46,407 nt of DNA from Parcubacteria group bacterium (GTDB lineage: Bacteria > Patescibacteriota > Patescibacteriia > UBA1558 > GWA2-36-10). The stretch is taken from positions 1-46,407 of the forward strand of contig PQAE01000011.1 of assembly GCA_003104935.1 (NCBI GenBank). The letters are read 5' to 3'. Position numbers and translations under genes: made by a program. The first letter of the stretch is position 1. Each line of letters starts with the position of its first letter. Below, in pieces: positions 26,206 to 35,109 of the stretch. The notes under the pieces were generated by a model. It saw only the letters and a list, made by a program, of their open reading frames with translations. It made no database searches and had not been told where the DNA came from.

Positions 26206-26370
26206 ATGAATATCAAAGGCCAAATATCAAAATTATTTCATAAAAAAAGAGAAATAATATTGGCTCCTAACCATGCTTTAGTGAGCCAAGTGGCGCGTGA
26301 GCAAGCACTAATAAATAATTGGCTGGCGTTAAAACAAGCCTCACTCAAAATAAGGGGTTCGCCAATTTGA
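26206..26370 (+). CDS. small hypothetical protein (54 aa)
   Basis: MNIKGQISKLFHKKREIILAPNHALVSQVAREQALINNWLALKQASLKIRGSPI*. Confidence 0.4.
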   Translation: MNIKGQISKLFHKKREIILAPNHALVSQVAREQALINNWLALKQASLKIRGSPI

Positions 26371-26408
26371 TAATTTGAGATTAACCAGCCAGGTTAATCC
26401 ACTGCAAT

Positions 26409-26443
26409 AAGGGTTTAAGCTCTGATGAGTTTAAGCCCTTTTT
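26409..26443 (+). terminator. intrinsic terminator
   Basis: AAGGGTTTAAGCTC-TGAT-GAGTTTAAGCCCTTTTT. Confidence 0.65.
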
Positions 26444-26665
26444 GTATTTATTCAAACGTCGTCTCCCGACTTGATCGGGAGTCCAGCCACTTTGCTCATT
26501 AAATAATTAATGGATTAAACAATATATATTCGTTGGATCGTCTGGCCAAGCCAGACGAACGCTGATTTCTCAGGATTTAATGCTATTTTGTCGGGCAAAT
26601 TTTGTATTAGATAATATTAGTCGTTTTTGCTATAATACTACTATCTTAGCGAAACAAAAATAGTT

Positions 26666-28393
26666 ATGATGCAAAAGAATAATTTGAGTTGGAAAATAGG
26701 CGGTGAGGCCGGGTTTGGTATCAAGTCCGCCGGCCTGATGTTTGCCCAGATTTTTATGAAGGCGGGCTACGAGATTTTTGATTATACCGAATACCCGTCG
26801 CTGATTCGCGGCGGACACAATACTTACCAATTAATTGTAGACACTCGTCCAGTTAATAGCGTGTCGAGAGAGGTCGATGTTTTGGTAGCGTTAAATATAA
26901 ATACTATTAATCAGAACGCTGATGAACTATCTAGCGGCGGACTGATCATCTATGATAGCGACAAATTTAAGATGCCAGCCAAGTATCAGGAACATTCCTT
27001 TGGTATTCCGTTGTCCACAATAGCTAAAGAGGCCGGTAATGAGCTCATGCGCAATGTCGCCGCCATCGGCGCCACTTTGGCTCTAGTCGGTCAAAAACTA
27101 GATATCGCCGGACGGATCGTCAGGGAAAATTTTCAGAGAAAAGGAGGGGCGGTAGTAGCGAATAATATCAAAGCGCTCAAAGCCGGCTATGATTATGTCT
27201 TAAAAAATCACCCGGTTAATTTTATTTGCGTTCTGCCTACCCGCCCACCCAAAGATAATATTTTGATTGCCGCTAATGAATCTTTGGCGCTGGGCGCCTT
27301 GGCCGCCGGGCTAAATTTTTATGCTGGCTATCCCATGACGCCATCGAGCACGATCTTGCAGTATCTGGCTACGGTAGCTCAGCAGGTAGGAATAGTAGTT
27401 AAGCATGCCGAAGATGAAATCTCCGTGATCAATATGGCTCTGGGCGCGGCTCATGTCGGTGCTAGAGCGATGATCGCCACCTCGGGCGGCGGTTTTGCTT
27501 TGATGGTAGAGAGTTTGGGTCTGACGGGTATTACGGAAACGCCGCTAGTTATCGTCAATGTCCAGCGGCCCGGACCGGCCACGGGTTTACCTACCTGGAC
27601 TGAACAGGGGGATTTGCAATTTGTCCTGCGGGCGGCACAGGGAGATTTCCCCCGTATCGTTTTGGCACCGGGCGACGCTCAAGAAGCTTTTGAACTGGGA
27701 GCGGAAGCTATGAATCTGGCCGAGATCTATCAGTTGCCGGTGATTATCCTGTCGGACAAATTTATCGCTGAAGGGATCACTACTAATAAAAGATTAACCA
27801 GAAAAGGGATAAAAATTAACCGCGGTAAATTACTCACTACTTCTCAATTGACCAATATAAAAAAATATCAACGTTATAAATTAACGGCCGATGGTATCTC
27901 CCCGCGCACTGTGCCGGGGATGTCTCAGGGATTATTTATCGCCAATAGCGATGAACATGATGAATATGGTTTTTCTTCGGAAAGCGGGACTAATCGCGTG
28001 GCGCAAGTAGATAAGCGTCAGCGTAAGCTAGAAACTCTGGCCAAAAAAATACCCCGCCCCAAAATCTACGGCAATCTTAAAGCGAAAAAATTAATCGTGA
28101 TTTGGGGTTCTACTAAAGGTGTGGTTTTGGATGCTTATAATGAATTGCCGGAAAAACAGCAGAAGAAAATAAAAATAATGCACCTGCAATATATCTGGCC
28201 TTTAGCCAAAAATTTTATTCAGGAGGCATTAAAAAAATCTAAGGATGTGCTATTAATTGAAAATAATAGTAATGCGCAATTGGGCCAATTGATCGCCCAG
28301 GAAACCGGTGTATTGATAAAGAACAAAATTTTAAAATATGACGGTCGGCCATTTTTCCGCGAAGATATCCGCCGGGCCCTGCACAATTTTTAG
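26666..28393 (+). CDS. korA: 2-oxoacid:ferredoxin oxidoreductase alpha subunit (gamma-alpha fusion)
   Basis: GGEAGFG, YPSLIRGGH, GYPMTPSS, EDEI, TSGGGF, QRPGPATGLPT. Confidence 0.92.
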   Translation: MMQKNNLSWKIGGEAGFGIKSAGLMFAQIFMKAGYEIFDYTEYPSLIRGGHNTYQLIVDTRPVNSVSREVDVLVALNINTINQNADELSSGGLIIYDSDKFKMPAKYQEHSFGIPLSTIAKEAGNELMRNVAAIGATLALVGQKLDIAGRIVRENFQRKGGAVVANNIKALKAGYDYVLKNHPVNFICVLPTRPPKDNILIAANESLALGALAAGLNFYAGYPMTPSSTILQYLATVAQQVGIVVKHAEDEISVINMALGAAHVGARAMIATSGGGFALMVESLGLTGITETPLVIVNVQRPGPATGLPTWTEQGDLQFVLRAAQGDFPRIVLAPGDAQEAFELGAEAMNLAEIYQLPVIILSDKFIAEGITTNKRLTRKGIKINRGKLLTTSQLTNIKKYQRYKLTADGISPRTVPGMSQGLFIANSDEHDEYGFSSESGTNRVAQVDKRQRKLETLAKKIPRPKIYGNLKAKKLIVIWGSTKGVVLDAYNELPEKQQKKIKIMHLQYIWPLAKNFIQEALKKSKDVLLIENNSNAQLGQLIAQETGVLIKNKILKYDGRPFFREDIRRALHNF

Positions 28394-28404
28394 AAACAAA
28401 CTCT

Positions 28405-29262
28405 ATGACGGAAAAAGATTATCTTACTACTTATAAAAGCACCTGGTGTCCGGGTTGCGGAAATTTTGGTTTGGCTATCGCCATGCGTAAAGCTTTGGCG
28501 GAATTAAATTTGGATCCGGCCAAAGTATTGATCGTCTACGGCATCGGTTGTTCCGGCAACGGTGTTAACTTTACCAAGACTTATGCCTGGCACTCACTGC
28601 ATGGCCGGGCCGTGCCGACCGCTATCGGCGCCAAGCTGGCTAATAAAGATCTGACGGTCATCGCTATGGCCGGTGATGGTGACGGCTTGGGCGAAGGTAT
28701 GGGACATTTTATCCATGCTATTCGGGGAAATGCCGATGTTACCTACGTAATTCACGACAATAAAACCTATAGTCTGACTACCGGCCAGGCCGCGCCTACT
28801 TCTGATCGGGGCTTTAAAGCCAAGACTACGCCCGAAGGAGTGATCGAAGAAATGGCTAATCCGGTCAGTCTGGCTCTGGCCGCCGGCACCTCTTTTGTGG
28901 CACGCGGTTTTGCCGGCAATGCCGAACATCTTAAAGAAATTTTCAAAGCGGCGATTACACATCGGGGATTTTCCGTGGTGGATGTTTTTCAACCATGCGT
29001 AACTTTTAACACAGTCAATACTTTTAAATGGTTTTTTGACCGGCTGTATAATATTGATCAGGACGCTACCTATAATAAAAATGATCTCAGTCGCGCGTTT
29101 AAGGAAAGTTTAATTTGGGGAGCTAAGATTCCTTATGGTATTTTTTATCAAAACAACCGGCCGACTTACGGTGATGAATTACCCCAGCTCCGGGGCGCCG
29201 CCTTGGTTAAACGGCCAATGACCGTGCGCGATATTGATCGTTTGGTCAAATCTTTTGCCTAA
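28405..29262 (+). CDS. korB: 2-oxoacid:ferredoxin oxidoreductase beta subunit
   Basis: WCPGCG, GIGCS, HGRA, TPP-binding GDGD, QPCVTFN. Confidence 0.92.
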   Translation: MTEKDYLTTYKSTWCPGCGNFGLAIAMRKALAELNLDPAKVLIVYGIGCSGNGVNFTKTYAWHSLHGRAVPTAIGAKLANKDLTVIAMAGDGDGLGEGMGHFIHAIRGNADVTYVIHDNKTYSLTTGQAAPTSDRGFKAKTTPEGVIEEMANPVSLALAAGTSFVARGFAGNAEHLKEIFKAAITHRGFSVVDVFQPCVTFNTVNTFKWFFDRLYNIDQDATYNKNDLSRAFKESLIWGAKIPYGIFYQNNRPTYGDELPQLRGAALVKRPMTVRDIDRLVKSFA

Positions 29263-29277
29263 TAATTAATCAAATAT

Positions 29278-29760
29278 ATGCGGGACAAAAAAGGTTTTAC
29301 ATTAGCATCGCTAGTAGTGACCATCGCTCTAGTGGTAATACTGAGCGCCCTGGTTTTTATCTGGATTGACCCTATTGCTAAGGTCAGGGCCGCCAAGGAT
29401 GCCGTCAGACAAAATGACGTGCTGACCATAAATTTGGCTATGGTCAAATATGCCAACGATCACAACGGCTCCTTGCCTCTTTCGGCCACATTGACGACTG
29501 CCAAAAAAGTCTTATGTTCCACGGCGGCCAATATAGATTGTGACGGCGAAACAGAGGCCTGTCTGATTATCAGCGATAATGATTTTTTCCAAGGGTATCT
29601 GGGTACCCTGCCGGTTGATCCGGATCTGACCAGTACAGCGAACACCGGGTATTATATGAAGAAAGATAGCGGCGGTAACCTACAGATCGGTTCTTGTATC
29701 AGCAGTAGTGTCTACATTTCTGGCGGTGGTAAAGGCGACAGCGAGCACGAGGTGTTATAA
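29278..29760 (+). CDS. type IV pilin/pseudopilin-like protein
   Basis: KKG|FTL prepilin site, hydrophobic helix, LPVDP; lacks Glu5. Confidence 0.8.
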   Translation: MRDKKGFTLASLVVTIALVVILSALVFIWIDPIAKVRAAKDAVRQNDVLTINLAMVKYANDHNGSLPLSATLTTAKKVLCSTAANIDCDGETEACLIISDNDFFQGYLGTLPVDPDLTSTANTGYYMKKDSGGNLQIGSCISSSVYISGGGKGDSEHEVL

Positions 29761-29842
29761 TAATAATTTAAAAAAGTTCTCCCCTTCAGGAGAATTTTTT
29801 TATTTTTAGTCAACTGTGTTATAATATAGCTGATAAATAGTT

Positions 29843-32800
29843 ATGATTAGCGAAAGAATCCATCATTATTTGGGCCTGTTTTTTATCCTATCTTTGATTT
29901 TGACACAGTCTTTAGTTTATGTGGCGGTGACGGCTCAGGACAGTATGGAAGTGGGCAGTAATCGGGGCAGTACTTTCCGAGCGATATTTATTCAGCCGAC
30001 AGCCGGCCAGACTATCACCATCGGTCAGCTAGTGTCTTTTCAGGCTCAGCTATCGCCGGTAAATAATTATTCGGCCGTCACTTTTAGTGTTCAGCCAAGT
30101 ATCGGGGGTTCGTCTTTAAATTTTGAAAGCAGTTTGCAGAGCGACGGCAGTTGGAAAGCAAATAATGTCTGGGACACTAGTCTGTTGGCCCCGGGTAATT
30201 ATAATTTAAAAGCGTCGGCCAGCATCTATGATACGGCTGGCTTGCTACAAAATTCTTATGTTTCGGCGGCGCAGAACGTGGTTTTGATTGAGCCGGTGGC
30301 CAATCCCGGTGGTAATAGCACCTCTTCGGATAGCGGATTGCCTCCGGCCGGAAACCCGGCGCCTATCAGCGCCGTTTCCAGCTGGCGCAGTCCCCAAGAA
30401 GGTCAGACTATTAGTCTAGATAAAAATAAAGGGGAAAAAAATATAAAAATAGAATTGTCGATTAATAAAAGTTCGGATTTTACTATTAACCGGGTGGCCT
30501 ATGACATTTATTATCGGGCCAGTAGCGCCCAGGAATTTTCACGGCTGGTAGATAACCTCAGTCTGACCGATAACCAGAGTACCAGCACGCAATATTTATA
30601 CAGTACCTTGCTGGACGCCGGCCAATATGCCTCCGGAGATTATAAATTGCGTTCCCGCGCCGAAGTGGTAGGTAGCGGCGCTACTACTACCCAATCTTTG
30701 GAACTAAGCGCTTTAAATTTTAAATTAAATGTGTTGGCACTGTCACTACCGATGGCCAAGTTCAGCAGTCCACTTGAAGCCCAAGTTTTGAGCAGTCCGA
30801 CCGGCATCACCCTGGAATTATCTCGCGCTTTGGACACCGGCCATAGTCTGCGGGCTTATCTGATTGAAAAAAATCTGGCTACTAGTCCGGTTTTATCAAA
30901 ATATACAAACAGAATAATTCCCTTGGCAAATAGTAGTGATAAGCCCTTAAATTATAAAGGGATTTTAGAACCGGTTAAATATCCGGCCGGAGATTATAGT
31001 CTCTTGGTTTATGATTTGACGGCGGCTAAAGAGATTTTAATCGGTTCGGTCAGCATCAAATTAGCGGCTTTAAGCGCTAATCAAATAATCGTCATGACTT
31101 CTCCGGAGAGCGGATCGGCCATCAAGGAAAATTCCGTATATTTTAGTATCCGGACCGCGGCTTTAGCCGATGCTTTGGACCTGGAGTTAATCAGCGCCGA
31201 GAGTCCGGCTATCAGCACCGGCGAGATCGCCATTGAGAAAACCGACGGGACTAATTGGAATAAGACACTATGGTTAGACGATTCCTTTATAGACGGTTTA
31301 TATAATGTGATTATCAATACCCAACTCGCTCCCCAGCAACAGGCCACGACTACGCCCAGTTTACAGGCCCGCTACTCGTTGTTTTTAAATCGCCAAAAAG
31401 AAAGTCTGGATACCAAGAGCGTCAGTTTAATTTTGGACACTCCTCAGGCCCAGTCCAACACTGGTCAGGACTTTGGTTTTACCGGCTTGGTAAATGTGTC
31501 GGCGACGTCTAATATCCGGTCGGGGCAGGTTTATTTTGTCTTAAAAAACAGTTTAGAAAAAAATGAAGCTTTGCGGCTAGTTCATAATAATATCCAAGAA
31601 GTCACCGGCGCCAATAATGCCGTTAGTTATAAATACGGATCAATTTTTGATACCAGCGCTGTGGCCAACGGAAATTATTATCTGTCGGCAGAGATATACT
31701 ATAATAATAAATTAATTACCACTTCTGATCAGAAGTTAATTTCGGTCTATAATGTGGTTGTCATAGAGGACAGCTTGACCCTGGATGATAAGGATGTTTC
31801 TCTGCAGTGGCTTAAAACATACAAGTTGCAAACGGAGTTTAATAAAATAGTTATTTATATTCTCAGTAATCTGCGGCCGCGGCCGGAAGCATTAACTCTG
31901 GCTTTGCGCGATGAACAGAGCAACACCCTGGATCAGATAACCTTTCAGACTATCGGCGCGCAAACGGCATTTAAACTGGGTTTTTTAGATAACATCAATA
32001 GGCCGGCGCTACAAGCTTACCGCGGTATATGGCTGGCCAGCGATGTAAAGAAATTCTCCGCCAATCCGGTCTTGAACCTGGCTTATATAGACAGTGACGG
32101 TCAGATCAAAGCCCAGAGCAACCGTCAGAAGTTTGTCATAAAAAACAATGAAATTCAGGCCGAAGCCGATACTTATGCGGCCACGCCGGAAGATAATGCT
32201 CTGCTCCAGCCCACGGTCGAATCCACCAGCACTATAGCTCAGGCCAATATCGTCCTGCCAAATAATTTAGCAGTCGGTCTGACTACTACCTGCGCACAAA
32301 TGGGCATAACCAAAGAGCAATCCTGTCAGTCCTGGAAGGCTATGCTTGAGGACAGTGTCGATAGTCGTTGCCGGCAACAAAATATTTTTACCGGTGTTGC
32401 TTGCGAAGATTATCTCAACCGAACAATAGTGGATCTGGAGTGTCAGGCCCAGGGTTTGGTCGACCGTGAGCGCTGTAAAGATTATCTGATGGAAAAGTAC
32501 GGCGGACAGGTCGGTTGCCGTCTGCCGAATCAGTCTAGTTGCAATGGCATTTTGCGCGAACAATATCTGAATCGTTTGGTTTTGAATCAAAAGGACGCAG
32601 TCCTGGTAAAGGAAGCGATAGGATCGTTACTTGGTCAAACTCTGAACTTAGCTCAAATACAAAATCAATTGACGGCCAAAGGAGCGGTTAATCTGCAGTG
32701 GTCGCTCAGACCCGACGGCTCCGAAAGAGTCTTATTAGCTCCGGCGCAAAGCATCACTATCCTAGAACAGTCCGATCAGTTGACAGTAAATGGCGAGGTA

Positions 32801-33481
32801 ATCCTGATTACCGACAGCGACGGTGACGGATTGCCTGATGATTTGGAAAGATATTATGGTACCGATCCTAATAAAGCCGACAGCGACAACGACAGTTATA
32901 GCGATAGCACGGAAATAAAAAATTTATTTAATCCTTTGGGCGAGGGATCGCTGAGCAAAGAAAATACGCCCCTGGACCAGACCTTATTCTACAGTCATCT
33001 TCTGGAACAACCGCAGGTATTTAGCAATAAACAAAGTAGCGATATTAAAGTGAGTGCGATTGATAACATTGCTCCTGGTATCATCAAGCTCAGCGGACAG
33101 GCACCGGTTAATTCTTGGGTCAATATTTATTTCTACAGTAGTATGCCGCTACTGGTGACCACGCCGGCGGACGCCAGCGGCCAATGGCAATATACCCTGA
33201 ATCAAGCCCTAGCTGATGGTAACCATCGACTGTATGTCGCCAACATAGATAACGGCGGAAATATCGTCCGGCAGTCCGCGCCCTTATCCCTACTCATCAA
33301 AGACAAGCAGGCGGTCAGCCCGGCAGAATATTTTGATATTGGGGAAACAAAAAAAGCCGCCAATGACAGCTTATTAATTTACTATATTGTCGGCGGGATA
33401 GTTTTATTAGCCCTGTTGCTGATACCGACCATATTTTTTCTGAGGCGCAAACAAAATTTGCCGCCCAGCCAGCCTTTATAA
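29843..33481 (+). CDS. large surface protein: Ig-like repeats, Cys-rich region, Ca-binding repeats, C-terminal TM anchor
   Basis: Signal peptide; repeated (S)P..G / D...GxY beta-sandwich units; DSDGDGLPD..DSDND; C-terminal TM followed by RRK. Confidence 0.85.
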   Translation: MISERIHHYLGLFFILSLILTQSLVYVAVTAQDSMEVGSNRGSTFRAIFIQPTAGQTITIGQLVSFQAQLSPVNNYSAVTFSVQPSIGGSSLNFESSLQSDGSWKANNVWDTSLLAPGNYNLKASASIYDTAGLLQNSYVSAAQNVVLIEPVANPGGNSTSSDSGLPPAGNPAPISAVSSWRSPQEGQTISLDKNKGEKNIKIELSINKSSDFTINRVAYDIYYRASSAQEFSRLVDNLSLTDNQSTSTQYLYSTLLDAGQYASGDYKLRSRAEVVGSGATTTQSLELSALNFKLNVLALSLPMAKFSSPLEAQVLSSPTGITLELSRALDTGHSLRAYLIEKNLATSPVLSKYTNRIIPLANSSDKPLNYKGILEPVKYPAGDYSLLVYDLTAAKEILIGSVSIKLAALSANQIIVMTSPESGSAIKENSVYFSIRTAALADALDLELISAESPAISTGEIAIEKTDGTNWNKTLWLDDSFIDGLYNVIINTQLAPQQQATTTPSLQARYSLFLNRQKESLDTKSVSLILDTPQAQSNTGQDFGFTGLVNVSATSNIRSGQVYFVLKNSLEKNEALRLVHNNIQEVTGANNAVSYKYGSIFDTSAVANGNYYLSAEIYYNNKLITTSDQKLISVYNVVVIEDSLTLDDKDVSLQWLKTYKLQTEFNKIVIYILSNLRPRPEALTLALRDEQSNTLDQITFQTIGAQTAFKLGFLDNINRPALQAYRGIWLASDVKKFSANPVLNLAYIDSDGQIKAQSNRQKFVIKNNEIQAEADTYAATPEDNALLQPTVESTSTIAQANIVLPNNLAVGLTTTCAQMGITKEQSCQSWKAMLEDSVDSRCRQQNIFTGVACEDYLNRTIVDLECQAQGLVDRERCKDYLMEKYGGQVGCRLPNQSSCNGILREQYLNRLVLNQKDAVLVKEAIGSLLGQTLNLAQIQNQLTAKGAVNLQWSLRPDGSERVLLAPAQSITILEQSDQLTVNGEVILITDSDGDGLPDDLERYYGTDPNKADSDNDSYSDSTEIKNLFNPLGEGSLSKENTPLDQTLFYSHLLEQPQVFSNKQSSDIKVSAIDNIAPGIIKLSGQAPVNSWVNIYFYSSMPLLVTTPADASGQWQYTLNQALADGNHRLYVANIDNGGNIVRQSAPLSLLIKDKQAVSPAEYFDIGETKKAANDSLLIYYIVGGIVLLALLLIPTIFFLRRKQNLPPSQPL

Positions 33482-34123
33482 GTTCAATTTTTTTATCGCC
33501 TGGGGAATATCGGCAGATTTTTGCAGATATGACCCGATAGCCAGGGCTGAAGCCCCGGCCTTTTTTATGGTTAGGGCGGTTTTTTCATTGACCCCGCCGT
33601 CGACGATGATGTTTAGCCGGGGGTAGAGTCGGCGCAAACTTTTTATTTTTGTCAAAACACTCTTTTGAAAAGCTTGTTTTTCCCGGCCGGGGATGACACC
33701 CATGATTTGTACGGCGTCAAAATATTTGACAATTTTTTTTATTTTATTGACCGGAGTTTCGGGGTTGATCGCCAGACCAACTTTTACTTTTTTTTGGTGC
33801 AGGTATTGAGCTAGGCAGATTTGGGAGCGCTCATCCGATTCGGCCTCATAGTGCCAGATAATCTGGCGGACATTTTTTAATTTTAACCAGGGCAAGATAC
33901 GGGCGGAAACACCTTTGACCATCAGATGGATCTCTAAGCGGTGATTTTGGGCGAGCGGACGGACACAACTGGGCCGGATATTATTTTTGATCGGCACCAA
34001 ATATCCGTCCATGATATCGATCTGAACATATTTAAAATAGGGAGCTATTTTTTGCCAGCGTTTTTTAAAGTCTGTGCCGTTTTTAGCTAAAACAGCGGGA
34101 ATGATTTTTATTTTTTTTATCAT
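33476..34123 (-). CDS. rpe: ribulose-phosphate 3-epimerase
   Basis: IDIMDG, HLMV, GLAINPET, MGVIPG, VDGGVN; start at the ATGA overlap with rpiB. Confidence 0.9.
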   Translation of the reverse strand: MIKKIKIIPAVLAKNGTDFKKRWQKIAPYFKYVQIDIMDGYLVPIKNNIRPSCVRPLAQNHRLEIHLMVKGVSARILPWLKLKNVRQIIWHYEAESDERSQICLAQYLHQKKVKVGLAINPETPVNKIKKIVKYFDAVQIMGVIPGREKQAFQKSVLTKIKSLRRLYPRLNIIVDGGVNEKTALTIKKAGASALAIGSYLQKSADIPQAIKKLNL

Positions 34124-34548
34124 GCCAGTTTTTTGATGCGACGGCAATGACGGGCTAGCCCGGAAAAAGGGGTTTTGACCCAGAGCATGATTATTTTTTC
34201 CATCTGACTCTGGTTAAAGTCCCAGACCGGCAGACAGAGCACATTGCTGTCCTCGTCCAAACGGCCGTGTTTGACCGTCATGGTCGAATAACCGACTATG
34301 GCCCGGACATTTTTAAAGCGATTAGCCATCATGGCCATGCCCTGGCCGCTACCGCAAAAAAGCAAACCCTGGTTAGCCGGATTGAAACTAATTTTTTGCG
34401 CCACTTTTTTAGCCCAGTCCGTATAATCGTCGTTTTTATCAAATTTGGCATTACCCAAATCTTTCCACGCGATATTATTTTTTGTCAAAAAAGCTTTAAT
34501 ATTTACTTTGGCCGCATAGCCGTTGTGATCTGAGCCGAGATAAAGCAT
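34120..34548 (-). CDS. rpiB: ribose-5-phosphate isomerase B
   Basis: GSDHNG, DDY, CGSGQG, ANR, NVLCL, RHCRRI. Confidence 0.92.
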   Translation of the reverse strand: MLYLGSDHNGYAAKVNIKAFLTKNNIAWKDLGNAKFDKNDDYTDWAKKVAQKISFNPANQGLLFCGSGQGMAMMANRFKNVRAIVGYSTMTVKHGRLDEDSNVLCLPVWDFNQSQMEKIIMLWVKTPFSGLARHCRRIKKLA

Positions 34549-34623
34549 AAGTTTGTATTAGCGTTAAAGGTTTATTATAGCCATATTTTAGCATATTTAT
34601 CGGTTAAAATGAAACTTTGGTCA

Positions 34624-34652
34624 TTGACTTACCCGCGGTTTTTTAGTATGCT
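34624..34652 (+). promoter_or_regulatory. sigma70 promoter for the tRNA-Arg/His cluster
   Basis: TTGACT-17-TATGCT. Confidence 0.65.
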
Positions 34653-34673
34653 ATGCTGTGTTTATTATATTGC

Positions 34674-34972
34674 GTCCCGGTAGTTCAATGGATAGAATAG
34701 GAGCCTTCCCCCGCAAAATAAACGAGCGAAGCGAGAACCTATAAAAGAGGGTCCCGCAACACTAAAGTATTTTACGCGCCCATAGCTCAATGGATAGAGC
34801 AACAGCCTTCTAAGCTGTAGGCTGCACGTTCGAGTCGTGCTGGGCGCACCAAATAGCAATATGTGCGGGGTCCTCGCAAATATAAGTACTCGCTATAGCT
34901 CGTACACATTTGCGGGATAAGCTCTAGATTCAGGTTCCCCCGGACTACGATCCGGGGCTGGCCGGGGCACCA
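34674..34972 (+). pseudogene. split outer tRNA-Arg(TCT) containing a nested tRNA
   Basis: 5' half GTCCCGGTAGTTCAATGGATAGAATAGGAGCCTTC (34674-34708); insert 34709-34917; 3' half TAAGCTCTAGATTCAGGTTC[CCCCGGACTACGATCCGGGG]CTGGCCGGGGCACCA. Confidence 0.88.
34776..34851 (+). tRNA. tRNA-Arg(TCT), intact, nested
   Basis: GCGCCCATAGCTCAATGGATAGAGCAACAGCCTTCTAAGCTGTAGGCTGCACGTTCGAGTCGTGCTGGGCGCACCA. Confidence 0.94.
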
Positions 34973-35034
34973 TCCTGCGCCTGCGGGCTTCGGATGGCTT
35001 TGCCACAATAGTTTAGAGTAAAGTTTAATTTCGT

Positions 35035-35109
35035 GGTGGCTATAGTTTAGCGGTAGAACAGCGGGTTGTGGTCCCGCTGGCCTGGGTTCGACTCCCAGTA
35101 GCCACCCCA
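35035..35109 (+). tRNA. tRNA-His(GTG)
   Basis: G-1:C73, anticodon arm GCGGG-TTGTGGT-CCCGC, GGTTCGACTCC, CCA. Confidence 0.95.

Noticed and set aside
34709-34917. Group I intron as explanation for the anticodon inserts (also 4300-4417)
   Set aside because: Most of each insert is a tRNA plus inverted arms, leaving no room for a catalytic core; no P7-type motifs recognised, and the Arg insert does not end in G.
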